A DNA stretch of 64,000 bases from Patescibacteria group bacterium. Its GTDB lineage: Bacteria; Patescibacteriota; Patescibacteriia; Magasanikbacterales; GWA2-37-8. The DNA is taken from positions 5,803 to 69,802 of the forward strand of contig JAQWDH010000005.1 of the NCBI GenBank assembly GCA_028705565.1. Reading direction: 5' to 3'. The notes under the pieces are model-generated. The model worked only from the letters and a program-made list of their open reading frames with translations, was not told the origin of the DNA and ran no database searches. Positions 1-8,662 of this stretch are shown piece by piece; position 1 is the stretch's first letter, and each line of letters begins with the position of its first letter. The translations under genes and the position numbers were made by a program.

Positions 1-2
1 AA

Positions 3-518
3 GTCCGCCGACTGCAAATGGAGCATGGCTTGGGTTTAGTGGTGATTGATTATTTGCAACTTATGGAAACGCGCGGAAACACTGAAAATCGCGTGCAAGA
101 AGTCGCGGAAATCACTCGCGGTCTCAAAAGCATAGCGCGCGAACTTAATGTTCCGGTAATCGCGCTGTCCCAGCTGTCGCGCGTGGTTGAACAAAGCAAG
201 CCGGCCATTCCGAAATTGTCGCATTTGCGCGAGTCCGGCTCAATTGAGCAGGACGCGGATGTTGTGATTTTTATTTATCGCAAAATGGCAGACCGCAATT
301 ATCGCGTGGAAGATATTCCTCCGGATGAAAAACGCATCGCCGAAATTCATATCGCCAAGCACCGCAATGGTCCGACAGGAATGATAAAACTTATTTTTGA
401 CGAAGAAAAAACGACTTTCAGAAATATGGATACTCGCTACAACGCTCCGCCTTCCGAGCCGGCGCTTAAGCCGAAGTCGGCTTTCGTTAAAACGAGCCCG
501 TCCATTCCGCCGATGTAA
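3..518 (+). CDS. dnaB: Replicative DNA helicase, C-terminal part (5' truncated by window edge)
   Basis: Motifs VVIDYLQLM, LSQLSR, LRESGSIEQDADVV, AKHRNGPTG. Confidence 0.97.
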   Translation, partial: VRRLQMEHGLGLVVIDYLQLMETRGNTENRVQEVAEITRGLKSIARELNVPVIALSQLSRVVEQSKPAIPKLSHLRESGSIEQDADVVIFIYRKMADRNYRVEDIPPDEKRIAEIHIAKHRNGPTGMIKLIFDEEKTTFRNMDTRYNAPPSEPALKPKSAFVKTSPSIPPM

Positions 519-556
519 ATGATGTAAATATAGCCGAAAACAAATCAATGCAATGC

Positions 557-680
557 GTTGTCATTGCGATCCCGACTTAGTCGGGAGAAGCAATCCCACG
601 GTTCGGTAGTGCCAATAATATATTTCTAAAACAATGGGATTGTTTCGTCGTTCGTTTCACTCACTCCTCGCAATGACAAC
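557..680. repeat. TGTCATT...ATGACA palindromic element (family A), full copy
   Basis: Perfect 13-bp terminal inverted repeat GTTGTCATTGCGA/TCGCAATGACAAC, inner arms GAAGCAATCCCA/TGGGATTGTTTC and hairpin TCCCGAC-TTA-GTCGGGA. Confidence 0.9.
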
Positions 681-718
681 TAAGACAATAACAAAATAAT
701 TAATTAAATTTTTATACT

Positions 719-1021
719 ATGTCCGTATTTTCAAAACTAAAACAATTCAAGGACCTTCGCGAACAAGGCAAAAAACTGCAAGGCGCGATGGAAAAAGAAT
801 CAATAACAGTCAACGCGGCGGGAAATAAAATCGCTTTGACAATGGACGGCAATTTGCAAATCACAGGTCTAGCGATTGACGACGAAATGATGTCTCCGGA
901 TAAAAAAGAAAAATTGCAAAGCGCCATCAAGGACGCGCATTCAGAAGCGATTAAAAAAATACAAAGAATTATGGCCGGAAAAATGCAGGCCATGGGAGAA
1001 TTGCCGTGGCAAAAAAAATAA
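719..1021 (+). CDS. ybaB: YbaB/EbfC family nucleoid-associated protein
   Basis: 100 aa, helical N-terminus, TMDGNLQITGLAID strand motif, directly upstream of recR (conserved synteny). Confidence 0.85.
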   Translation: MSVFSKLKQFKDLREQGKKLQGAMEKESITVNAAGNKIALTMDGNLQITGLAIDDEMMSPDKKEKLQSAIKDAHSEAIKKIQRIMAGKMQAMGELPWQKK

Positions 1022-1051
1022 TCTGAAAACACTTGATTAAAAAATCATTTC

Positions 1052-1648
1052 ATGTTTTCTCCTTCCATAGATAATTTAATCCGCGCGCTTAAAAACCTGC
1101 CTTCCGTCGGACAAAGAACGGCTGAAAGGTTTGTTTTTTATTGGCTCAAATCCGGAAAGAAAGAAGTGAATGATTTGCGCGAAGCTTTGGACAATCTTTT
1201 AAAAAATATTAAAAGCTGCGAAATTTGCTGGAATTTCGGAGATTCCAATCCTTGCCCGATTTGCCAAGACCAACGGCGAAACGCGGCCATTGTCGCAATT
1301 GTGGAAGACCCGCAAGACATTCCGGTGATAGAACAAACCGGAGAATTTAAAGGCCGCTACCATGTTTTGCGCGGACTTTTGGATTCCGGCGATGAAGAAA
1401 GTTTCAACAAAATAAAAATAAAAGAACTCCGGACGCGTTTGCAAACAGACAAGAACATCAAAGAAATAATTTTATCTTTAAACCCCAACCTGAACGGTGA
1501 AATGACAATGCTGTATCTGGAAAAAGAAATTAAAAAAAACAGGCCTGACATAAAAATCAGCCGGCTCGCGCGAGGATTGCCGATGGGCGCGGATTTGCAA
1601 TACGCGGATGAAATTACTCTTGGCAGCGCGATAAAAAACAGAAAATGA
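1052..1648 (+). CDS. recR: Recombination mediator RecR
   Basis: HhH LPSVGQRTAER, C4 finger CEICWN..CPIC, Toprim VEDPQD/YHVLRG, RLARGLPMGADLQYADE. Confidence 0.97.
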   Translation: MFSPSIDNLIRALKNLPSVGQRTAERFVFYWLKSGKKEVNDLREALDNLLKNIKSCEICWNFGDSNPCPICQDQRRNAAIVAIVEDPQDIPVIEQTGEFKGRYHVLRGLLDSGDEESFNKIKIKELRTRLQTDKNIKEIILSLNPNLNGEMTMLYLEKEIKKNRPDIKISRLARGLPMGADLQYADEITLGSAIKNRK

Positions 1649-1726
1649 TTGAATTATTGGACAAAGATTCCACGTCTCCCCTCTCCACAGGCAAAGCGAA
1701 CCTCGCTCTCCGCCAAAGACGGATTA

Positions 1727-3055
1727 TCAGGAATGACAATTTGAAATTTGATTTTTGTCCACAATTCCAAGCCCTACAACAGCCCACCAAAATAAAATTC
1801 CAACACACAAACCAAAATAAAAATATTCAAAAAAACCGCCGACAAATAAAGTCGCCAAAACAGGCAGAAATAAAATGTTGCTTTTAAAAACATTTTTGGC
1901 AATCAAAAAAAGAAAGGTCATAAAAATCAAAAATCCGACAATGCCTGTTTCAGCCAAAATCATCAAATACATATTATGAACCGGCTGGTATTGCCACACC
2001 GGTAAATTGGACTTTTTTTGATAAAGAGTCAATGTATAATTACCAAGACCGACACCGAAAAACGGATGATTTTTCCAAATCTCCAACGACTCTTTAACCT
2101 GACTTTCTCTCGTTAAAATAGACATTGACTCAAGCCGATTAGTAAAATCAAAACGGGTAAAAAACAACGGCTTAAAAGCGAAAAAGAAAATAATTACGAT
2201 AAAAGCGTAAAAAATGAATTGTTTGAAAATGTTTTCCTTCACGCAAGGAATTTTTTCTTTTTTTAATAAAACCACTGCCCAAACCGCCGCCGCTCCGACA
2301 AGCGCCGCGAGCCACGCGCCGCGTGAAAAAGATAAAAGAAGACCGCTTAAAATAATCAACTGACCGAAAGAAATTAAAATTTTTATTTTAAAATTATTTT
2401 CACGCAAATACATTGTCAAACCAAGAACAAGCAAAACCGCCAAATAAATTCCCAATGGATTCGCGCCTCCCAAACTTCCATAAGCGCGCAGCCATCTTTC
2501 ATCGCCGAATTCAATCACATTCGCCCCCAAATCTGAAGAAATATGCCCGGAAAGCCCAAGCCACTTTGAAGCGAAAACATCTTGACTGAAAAATTGCCAA
2601 ACAGCCAAAATCCCTTGCGCGACTCCGCCCAACCATAACGCTCGCGCGAAACGCGATTTGTCGTTTAAACCAAAAAGAATGAAAAACAAAAAAATTCCTT
2701 CAATCAACCACATAAAATGCTGAGTGGCGATTTTCCAGTTTAAACTAAACTTAAAAATATAAAAACTTAAAAGTGATAAAATAACCGCGCAAAAAAATAA
2801 CAGAACACTTTTTTTGTTCATTGTCCATTGACGGATATTTCCTTTATTAAATTTTCCGACAGATGATAAAACAATCGCCGACAAAAGCAAAATTTCCGTT
2901 GCGTAAACGCAATAAGATCCGAATTCCCAAAATCCGCCGTTTAATTCTCCATAATGCCAAATCCACCTTGTTTGAAAAGGCAACAAAAAAAAGAAGGATA
3001 AAAAAATATAACCGCGAATTTTGTTTAAATTTAACATAATGCCGAAATTTGACAT
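1727..3055 (-). CDS. O-antigen ligase/Wzy_C family membrane protein (start may be 3037)
   Basis: Multiple TM helices, RAYGSLGGANPLG, SFSRGAW, PFFGVGLGNY, PVHNMYL..LAETGIVG. Confidence 0.85.
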   Translation of the reverse strand: MSNFGIMLNLNKIRGYIFLSFFFLLPFQTRWIWHYGELNGGFWEFGSYCVYATEILLLSAIVLSSVGKFNKGNIRQWTMNKKSVLLFFCAVILSLLSFYIFKFSLNWKIATQHFMWLIEGIFLFFILFGLNDKSRFARALWLGGVAQGILAVWQFFSQDVFASKWLGLSGHISSDLGANVIEFGDERWLRAYGSLGGANPLGIYLAVLLVLGLTMYLRENNFKIKILISFGQLIILSGLLLSFSRGAWLAALVGAAAVWAVVLLKKEKIPCVKENIFKQFIFYAFIVIIFFFAFKPLFFTRFDFTNRLESMSILTRESQVKESLEIWKNHPFFGVGLGNYTLTLYQKKSNLPVWQYQPVHNMYLMILAETGIVGFLIFMTFLFLIAKNVFKSNILFLPVLATLFVGGFFEYFYFGLCVGILFWWAVVGLGIVDKNQISNCHS

Positions 3056-3097
3056 CCTTGTATTTTTTGCTCTTTTTCGGTATTATACAAGAAATTT

Positions 3098-4342
3098 ATG
3101 ACAGACACAAACTCGCGGATTTGGACAAAAATCAACAGCCGACTTGGCAAACATCGGTTTTTTTATGTATGCCGAGATTGGGAAAGAGCGGCGGCGATTT
3201 TAGGCGCGCAAAAATGCTTTATCATTACAAATTACGGACAGGAGGCTAAAAAAATTTCAGCGCGATATAAAAATATAATTTTAATTAAAGAAAAAAAATT
3301 GCTGGACACGAACGAATTGCTCGCGCGCGAAGAAATAAAATCACTCGTTAAAAAAAATGATTTTATAGTTGTATTTAAAAACACTCCTCAAATAGAAAAA
3401 ATATGCGCGCGCAATGGATGGAAATTGCTCAACCCACCGTCGGTTCTCGCTGAAAAAGTGGAGACCAAAATTTCGCAGGTGAAGTGGCTCGGCAATCTGT
3501 CAAGGTTCTTGCCTCCGCATAAAATAATTATTTGTAAAAATATAAAATGGAAACAGGAACGATTTATTTTGCAATTCAACCGAGCGCACACCGGCGGAGG
3601 CACCATACTCGTAAAAACAGAAAAACAACTCAACGAAATAAAAAATAAATTTCCTCTCCGCGAAGCTCGCGTCTCAGATTTTGTGGAAGGGCCAGTTTTT
3701 ACCAACAACAATATCGTTTGGAACGACAATGTTCTTTGCGGCAATATAAATTACCAAATAACCGGTCTCACGCCTTTTACCGACCGCCCTTTTGCCACTA
3801 TTGGCAATGATTGGGCTTTGCCGAATAAAATTTTGTCAAAAAAACAAATCAACGAATATCAAAAAATCGCTAATTTAATCGGAAAAAAACTATCAAGGGA
3901 CGGCTGGAAAGGATTATTCGGAATTGATATTGTAATGGATAAAAAAACCGGCAAACTTTATCTTCTGGAAATAAACGCCCGCCAGCCGGCATCAACGACT
4001 TATGAATCGCAACTGCAAAAAAAAGCGTCATCCGAAAATTATCTCACTACGTTTGAAGCGCATTTGGGAAGTTTGTTAAAAATCAAATACGACAACCCTG
4101 AATTGACAGAAATCAAAAATGGATCGCAGATTGTTCGCAGAATAACTGAAAACAAAAAAATCAATAATACAAAACTTAACGAAGCGAAAAAAAAACTGAT
4201 GAAAAATGGATTTAACGCCATCGCGTACGAAAATACCGAACCGGGCTCGGATTTATTGCGAATACAAATCAAAAACGGAATTATGACCGAACATAACAAA
4301 CTAAACGAAATCGGGAAATTAATAAAAAAATGTTTAAACTGA
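3098..4342 (+). CDS. ATP-grasp domain protein
   Basis: Gly-rich loop AHTGGGT, FVEG, GLFGIDIV and YLLEINAR (E-x-N-x-R) ATP-grasp motifs. Confidence 0.8.
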   Translation: MTDTNSRIWTKINSRLGKHRFFYVCRDWERAAAILGAQKCFIITNYGQEAKKISARYKNIILIKEKKLLDTNELLAREEIKSLVKKNDFIVVFKNTPQIEKICARNGWKLLNPPSVLAEKVETKISQVKWLGNLSRFLPPHKIIICKNIKWKQERFILQFNRAHTGGGTILVKTEKQLNEIKNKFPLREARVSDFVEGPVFTNNNIVWNDNVLCGNINYQITGLTPFTDRPFATIGNDWALPNKILSKKQINEYQKIANLIGKKLSRDGWKGLFGIDIVMDKKTGKLYLLEINARQPASTTYESQLQKKASSENYLTTFEAHLGSLLKIKYDNPELTEIKNGSQIVRRITENKKINNTKLNEAKKKLMKNGFNAIAYENTEPGSDLLRIQIKNGIMTEHNKLNEIGKLIKKCLN

Positions 4343-4345
4343 AAT

Positions 4346-5101
4346 ATGCTCTCTCCGCGAGCCGAACAACTTATAACTGAATATCTTAATCTCCCCTTTC
4401 CTGGCGTTATCGGCGCGCGCTGTCCGTATTTTAACAACATCCGCTCCAAGCAACGCGCCCAACTTGGGGTTTTAATCGGCAAAGGAAGTCCTCTGGAAAT
4501 AATTGAAGAAGCGCAAATTATCGCCACCCAATATCGCGCCAAAGAAATTTTGTCTTCAACCCCTGAAAAAATACGCGAGTTTCTAATCAATAATAATCTC
4601 GGGATTGAATGTTCCGGTTTTGTAACGCGCGTTTTATCCGCGCACTTCCGAGAAACCGCCGGCGTTGATTTAATTAAAAAATTATTTATCGTGTCGCCAA
4701 AATATTTTTTGCGCTGGATCATTACCAAATTAAGGCCGATTGAAAATATCAACGTAAATGTCTACGCGAACGATAAAAACACGAAAAAAATAAAATGGCG
4801 AGACGCGCGCGCCGGAGATGTGATAATATTTCTTGGTACGAACTCGCGTTACAATCGCAATCACATTATTTTAATAACCGAAAAAAACGACCAAACCGCG
4901 AAATATGCCCACGCGCGAGCTTGGGCAAGCGAAGGAAAATACGGACATGGGGTCTGCGAAGGTGAAATCAAAACCGTAAACCCAAACGGAGAAATCATTG
5001 AACAAACATGGGTTGAAAAAAACAAAATCGGATCGGAAAATGAAACTTATTTGGAAGCTGTACAGGCCAAAACCGTGGAAATAAGAAGAATTAAAATTTA
5101 A
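4346..5101 (+). CDS. NlpC/P60-like papain-fold cysteine hydrolase
   Basis: GIECSGFV (cf. GxDCSG), AGDVIIF, NHIILI, YAHA in NlpC/P60 order. Confidence 0.6.
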   Translation: MLSPRAEQLITEYLNLPFPGVIGARCPYFNNIRSKQRAQLGVLIGKGSPLEIIEEAQIIATQYRAKEILSSTPEKIREFLINNNLGIECSGFVTRVLSAHFRETAGVDLIKKLFIVSPKYFLRWIITKLRPIENINVNVYANDKNTKKIKWRDARAGDVIIFLGTNSRYNRNHIILITEKNDQTAKYAHARAWASEGKYGHGVCEGEIKTVNPNGEIIEQTWVEKNKIGSENETYLEAVQAKTVEIRRIKI

Positions 5102-5121
5102 TTCTTATTGAATTTTAAACT

Positions 5122-6252
5122 ATGGACATCACGCCGTTTTCATTGGACCTTTTGAAGCTCGCGCTGATTTTTCTTTTTACATCAGCAATCGGGGCTTTTT
5201 TGTGGGCGCCGATTCTGACTAAAATTTTATATAAATACAAACTCGTCCGCGGCGCTGAATATGATTTTACGCTGAAATCCGGCGAACGGAAACAAAAAAT
5301 CGGCACGCCGATTATGGGTGGGCTTTTGGTTATTATCACGGTTACGATTATCACAATACTGTTCAATTGGCAAAGAAAATACACTTATGTTCCAATAGGC
5401 GTTATGGGCATATCTGCTCTTTTGGGCGCCGCTGATGATATCTTAAATATTTACGGTCAAAAAAGAAGAAACCGCGACTGGCAACACACTATTATTTTAA
5501 TCAAGGTGCACAAAAATTATCTGATGAGATTTTGGTATCTGCTTACTTTGCCGTGGACCGCTTTTAAACGCGTTGTTTCCGTATTCGGTTCGCATCCGGG
5601 TAAAGGAATACAAGTTCATGAAAAATTAATTTTTCAATTTATCGCCGGCGCGATTACCGCGTGGTGGATTTATTTCAAACTCGGGCCGTATTGGCATTCT
5701 TTACGCATACCGTTTGACGGACAGATGTTCGTCGGCTGGTGGATTATACCGATTATAATTTTTTTCGTAATATTCACGGCGAACGCGGTTAATATCGCCG
5801 ATGGTTTGGACGGTCTCGCCGGCGGTTCTCTTATCGCAACTTTTCTCGGACTTACAATCATCAGCTGGGCAGAGGGAAGACCGGCTTATACAATTCTTAA
5901 CGCCACGGTTTCTGGAGCGTTGTTGGCTTACACTTATTTCAACGTAAAACCGGCCAGATTTCAAATGGGCGATGTCGGCTCTTTGGGTTTGGGAGCGCTA
6001 TTCGCCATCAATACAATTGCAATCAACCATACGCTTTTGATACCTTTATTCGGATTTATTTTTTATTTGGAAATTTTTTCGGTTATTTTGCAGGTGTTTT
6101 CCAGGCGAATTTTTGGACGCAGATTGTTGAAAATGGCGCCGCTGCATCATCATTTTGAATTCAAGGGCTGGAACGAAGAAAAAATCGTAATGCGATTTTG
6201 GCTCATACATTTGTTTGTTGTTATCGTCGCGATTTGGATGTCTTTAAATTGA
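5122..6252 (+). CDS. mraY: Phospho-N-acetylmuramoyl-pentapeptide transferase (MraY family, divergent)
   Basis: KIGTPIMGG, ADD, NAVNIADGLDGLAGG, FQMGDVGS, MAPLHHHFE..GW.E.KIV.RFW. Confidence 0.88.
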   Translation: MDITPFSLDLLKLALIFLFTSAIGAFLWAPILTKILYKYKLVRGAEYDFTLKSGERKQKIGTPIMGGLLVIITVTIITILFNWQRKYTYVPIGVMGISALLGAADDILNIYGQKRRNRDWQHTIILIKVHKNYLMRFWYLLTLPWTAFKRVVSVFGSHPGKGIQVHEKLIFQFIAGAITAWWIYFKLGPYWHSLRIPFDGQMFVGWWIIPIIIFFVIFTANAVNIADGLDGLAGGSLIATFLGLTIISWAEGRPAYTILNATVSGALLAYTYFNVKPARFQMGDVGSLGLGALFAINTIAINHTLLIPLFGFIFYLEIFSVILQVFSRRIFGRRLLKMAPLHHHFEFKGWNEEKIVMRFWLIHLFVVIVAIWMSLN

Positions 6253-6255
6253 TTT

Positions 6256-6903
6256 ATGTCTTCTTATTTGACTTGGGACAGAATTAAAAATACGGATTTT
6301 TCCGAAACAAAAATAAACTCGCTTTACAACGAAGGGTATCTTTTTACGCGAATCGGAAAAGGCATCATGGACCAAACAAGAAGCGCGCGGATTGATTTGA
6401 ATAAATTCAATTTATCAAGCGAAAACAAACGGATATTGAAAAAAATGGAAAACGCGCGAATGGAAATAAAACCGATTCCATTGCTTGATTATGAATGGTC
6501 GGTGCATAAAATGGGAAAAGATTTTTATGAAAAAAAATTCGGGCCCGAAATTTTCAGTGCGCAAAAAATAAAAGAATTGATTACTGACAAAGAAAAAAGC
6601 AATTTTAACCGGCTGTTCGTTTTTTCAATCAATGACAAACCGGCTGGTTATTGCATCACTCTTGAAACCGACGAAATTTTGCATTATTCTTATCCCTTTT
6701 ATCAGCTATCGCTCCACATCGGCATGGGCATGATGACCAAGGCGGTGGCATGGGCAAAAGAAAAAAACAAAAAATATGTTTATCTTGGTTCGGCGCAACG
6801 CCCGACTGACGTTTATAAATTTCAATTTGAAGGCATGGAGTGGTTTGACGGCAAACAATGGATGAATGACATTAAAAAACTTAAAGAAATATTAAAAAAT
6901 TAA
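6256..6903 (+). CDS. Aminoacyl-tRNA--protein transferase-like GNAT-fold protein (ATE/Bpt-like)
   Basis: RIDLNKFNLSSENKRILKK, HYSYPFY, IGMGMM..A..WAK...KKYVYLG, YKFQF...EWFDG..W resemble ATE_C motifs. Confidence 0.65.
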   Translation: MSSYLTWDRIKNTDFSETKINSLYNEGYLFTRIGKGIMDQTRSARIDLNKFNLSSENKRILKKMENARMEIKPIPLLDYEWSVHKMGKDFYEKKFGPEIFSAQKIKELITDKEKSNFNRLFVFSINDKPAGYCITLETDEILHYSYPFYQLSLHIGMGMMTKAVAWAKEKNKKYVYLGSAQRPTDVYKFQFEGMEWFDGKQWMNDIKKLKEILKN

Positions 6904-6928
6904 TGATATAAATTATTTTGCATATAGA

Positions 6929-7017
6929 GCTAAAATATTTTTTTATCTTTTTATTACCAACCGCCCGCAGGCGGCGGTCCTGAAAGGCCGTTTAAAAAGA
7001 TAAAAAAATATTTTAGC
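6929..7017. repeat. 25-bp perfect inverted repeat enclosing two GC hairpins
   Basis: GCTAAAATATTTTTTTATCTTTTTA (6929-6953) and its reverse complement (6993-7017). Confidence 0.9.
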
Positions 7018-7041
7018 GATATCGCGGAATTCTAATAAATT

Positions 7042-8421
7042 ATGAAACACATTCACTTTATCGGAATATGCGGCGTGGGTATGAGCGCGCTGGCTATACT
7101 CTGGCAAAAAAAAGGGTGGAAAGTCACCGGTTCAGATGCCGGATTTTTTCCGCCGATTTCAACTCATCTGAAAAAACACGGGATTGAATTTTACCCGGGA
7201 TGGCATCCGGAAAAAATGACCGGACAAGAAGGGTCTCTGCCCGATTTGGTTGTAGTCGGCAACGTGGCGGCTTCTGAAAATCCGGAATGGAAATTCACGC
7301 TTGAAAATAAAATTCCTTATGTTTCTTATCCTGAACTTATAGCGAAAAACTTGGTTAAAAAAAATTCTATCATCTGCGCCGGAACTTACGGCAAAACTTC
7401 CACAACGGCCATACTCGCTTGGATTTTAAAAAACGCGAATTATAAACCTTCATATATGTTCGGCGGTTTGAGTTTGGATATGGAAGAAAGCGCCGACGAT
7501 TTAGGCGGAGATTGGAGCATATTGGAAGGAGACGAATATAAAGCAAGTAGATGGGACAACCGAGCCAAGTTTTTTTCTTATCAACCGACGCATCTTTTGC
7601 TTACGGCGACTGAATGGGACCACGCGGATATTTACCCGACTGAAAAAGATTATTTTAACGCTTTTCGCGAGTTGATAAAAATAATTCCGGAAAACGGATT
7701 GATTGTCATTTCGGAAAATGTTCCTGAGAGCATAATATCTTTGTCGCGCGCAAAAATTTTAAAATACGGAAAAAAAGAAAATTGCGATTATGGATATTCG
7801 GATGTTAAAATCGATAAAAACGGAATCGCTTTAAAAATAACTTTCGGAAATTCTCATTTTTTCGTTTCATCCAATGTAATTGGAGAATACATGGCTGAAA
7901 ATATCTGCGGAGCGTTCGCTTTGGCGCGCGAAATCGGAATCGCGCCGGAAACGATTATCAAATCGCTCGCCGATTTTAACGGGTTGAAAAGAAGGATGGA
8001 AAAAAGAGGAAAAACTCAATCTGGAGCGGATGTTTTTGACGATATCGCCCACTCGCCAGCGAAAGCCAAGTCGGTTCTGGAAACATTAAAAAAAATATAT
8101 AACGGCAAAATTTACGCGATTTTTGAGCCGAACACCGGAAACCGCCAGCCGCAATCCGCGCCGCAATACGATTACGCTTTTGCCGCGGCCGACGAAGTTA
8201 TAATTCCGCGCCTTACAAAAATAAAATCATCCGAGGAACAAAAACACTTGAATGGCGGCGAATTGGCCAACATTATATTTCGCTCGCATAGCGCGGTAAA
8301 ACACATTGAGGACGACGATTACTTGATAAATTACATAAAACAAAAAACACAGCCGCGAGACGCTGTCGTGTTTCTGGGTAGCCATGGTTTCAGAGGAATG
8401 ATTGAAAAAATATTAGATTGA
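7042..8421 (+). CDS. Mur ligase, Mpl/MurC-like
   Basis: HIHFIGICGVGMSALA, P-loop AGTYGKTSTT, LEGDEY, EWDHAD, GLKRRME, DDIAHSP, AIFEP (Mpl-like rather than MurC FQPH). Confidence 0.85.
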   Translation: MKHIHFIGICGVGMSALAILWQKKGWKVTGSDAGFFPPISTHLKKHGIEFYPGWHPEKMTGQEGSLPDLVVVGNVAASENPEWKFTLENKIPYVSYPELIAKNLVKKNSIICAGTYGKTSTTAILAWILKNANYKPSYMFGGLSLDMEESADDLGGDWSILEGDEYKASRWDNRAKFFSYQPTHLLLTATEWDHADIYPTEKDYFNAFRELIKIIPENGLIVISENVPESIISLSRAKILKYGKKENCDYGYSDVKIDKNGIALKITFGNSHFFVSSNVIGEYMAENICGAFALAREIGIAPETIIKSLADFNGLKRRMEKRGKTQSGADVFDDIAHSPAKAKSVLETLKKIYNGKIYAIFEPNTGNRQPQSAPQYDYAFAAADEVIIPRLTKIKSSEEQKHLNGGELANIIFRSHSAVKHIEDDDYLINYIKQKTQPRDAVVFLGSHGFRGMIEKILD

Positions 8422-8435
8422 TGTTGAAGCTGAAT

Positions 8436-8600
8436 TCACTTGCCCTCGTCAACAACTTCTGTTTTTACTTCATCGCCGTCAATTGAAACAATCTGCAAAG
8501 TAATACCGCAAATATCGCATTCAATCACATGACCGGCGGCCAAATTCGGATAATTTGACAAATTGATTTCATTTTTACATTCTAAACAAATAAGTTTCAT
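8436..8600 (-). CDS. LysW-like zinc-ribbon protein, 54 aa (absent from ORF track)
   Basis: Hand translation MKLICLECKNEINLSNYPNLAAGHVIECDICGITLQIVSIDGDEVKTEVVDEGK: two CxxC pairs with LysW-like spacing and an acidic tail. Confidence 0.8.
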   Translation of the reverse strand: MKLICLECKNEINLSNYPNLAAGHVIECDICGITLQIVSIDGDEVKTEVVDEGK

Positions 8601-8662
8601 AAAAAAATGAATTATGAATATCCAACTAAAATAGTATATAATAAAAACGCAAAAAAGTAAAT

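Noticed and set aside
4039-4752. Long antisense ORFs (e.g. 237 aa here, 211 aa at 58869-59504)
   Set aside because: Shadows of well-supported genes on the opposite strand
6958-6990. SRP RNA
   Set aside because: Lacks the conserved TCAGG...GGAAG.AGCAG domain IV motif
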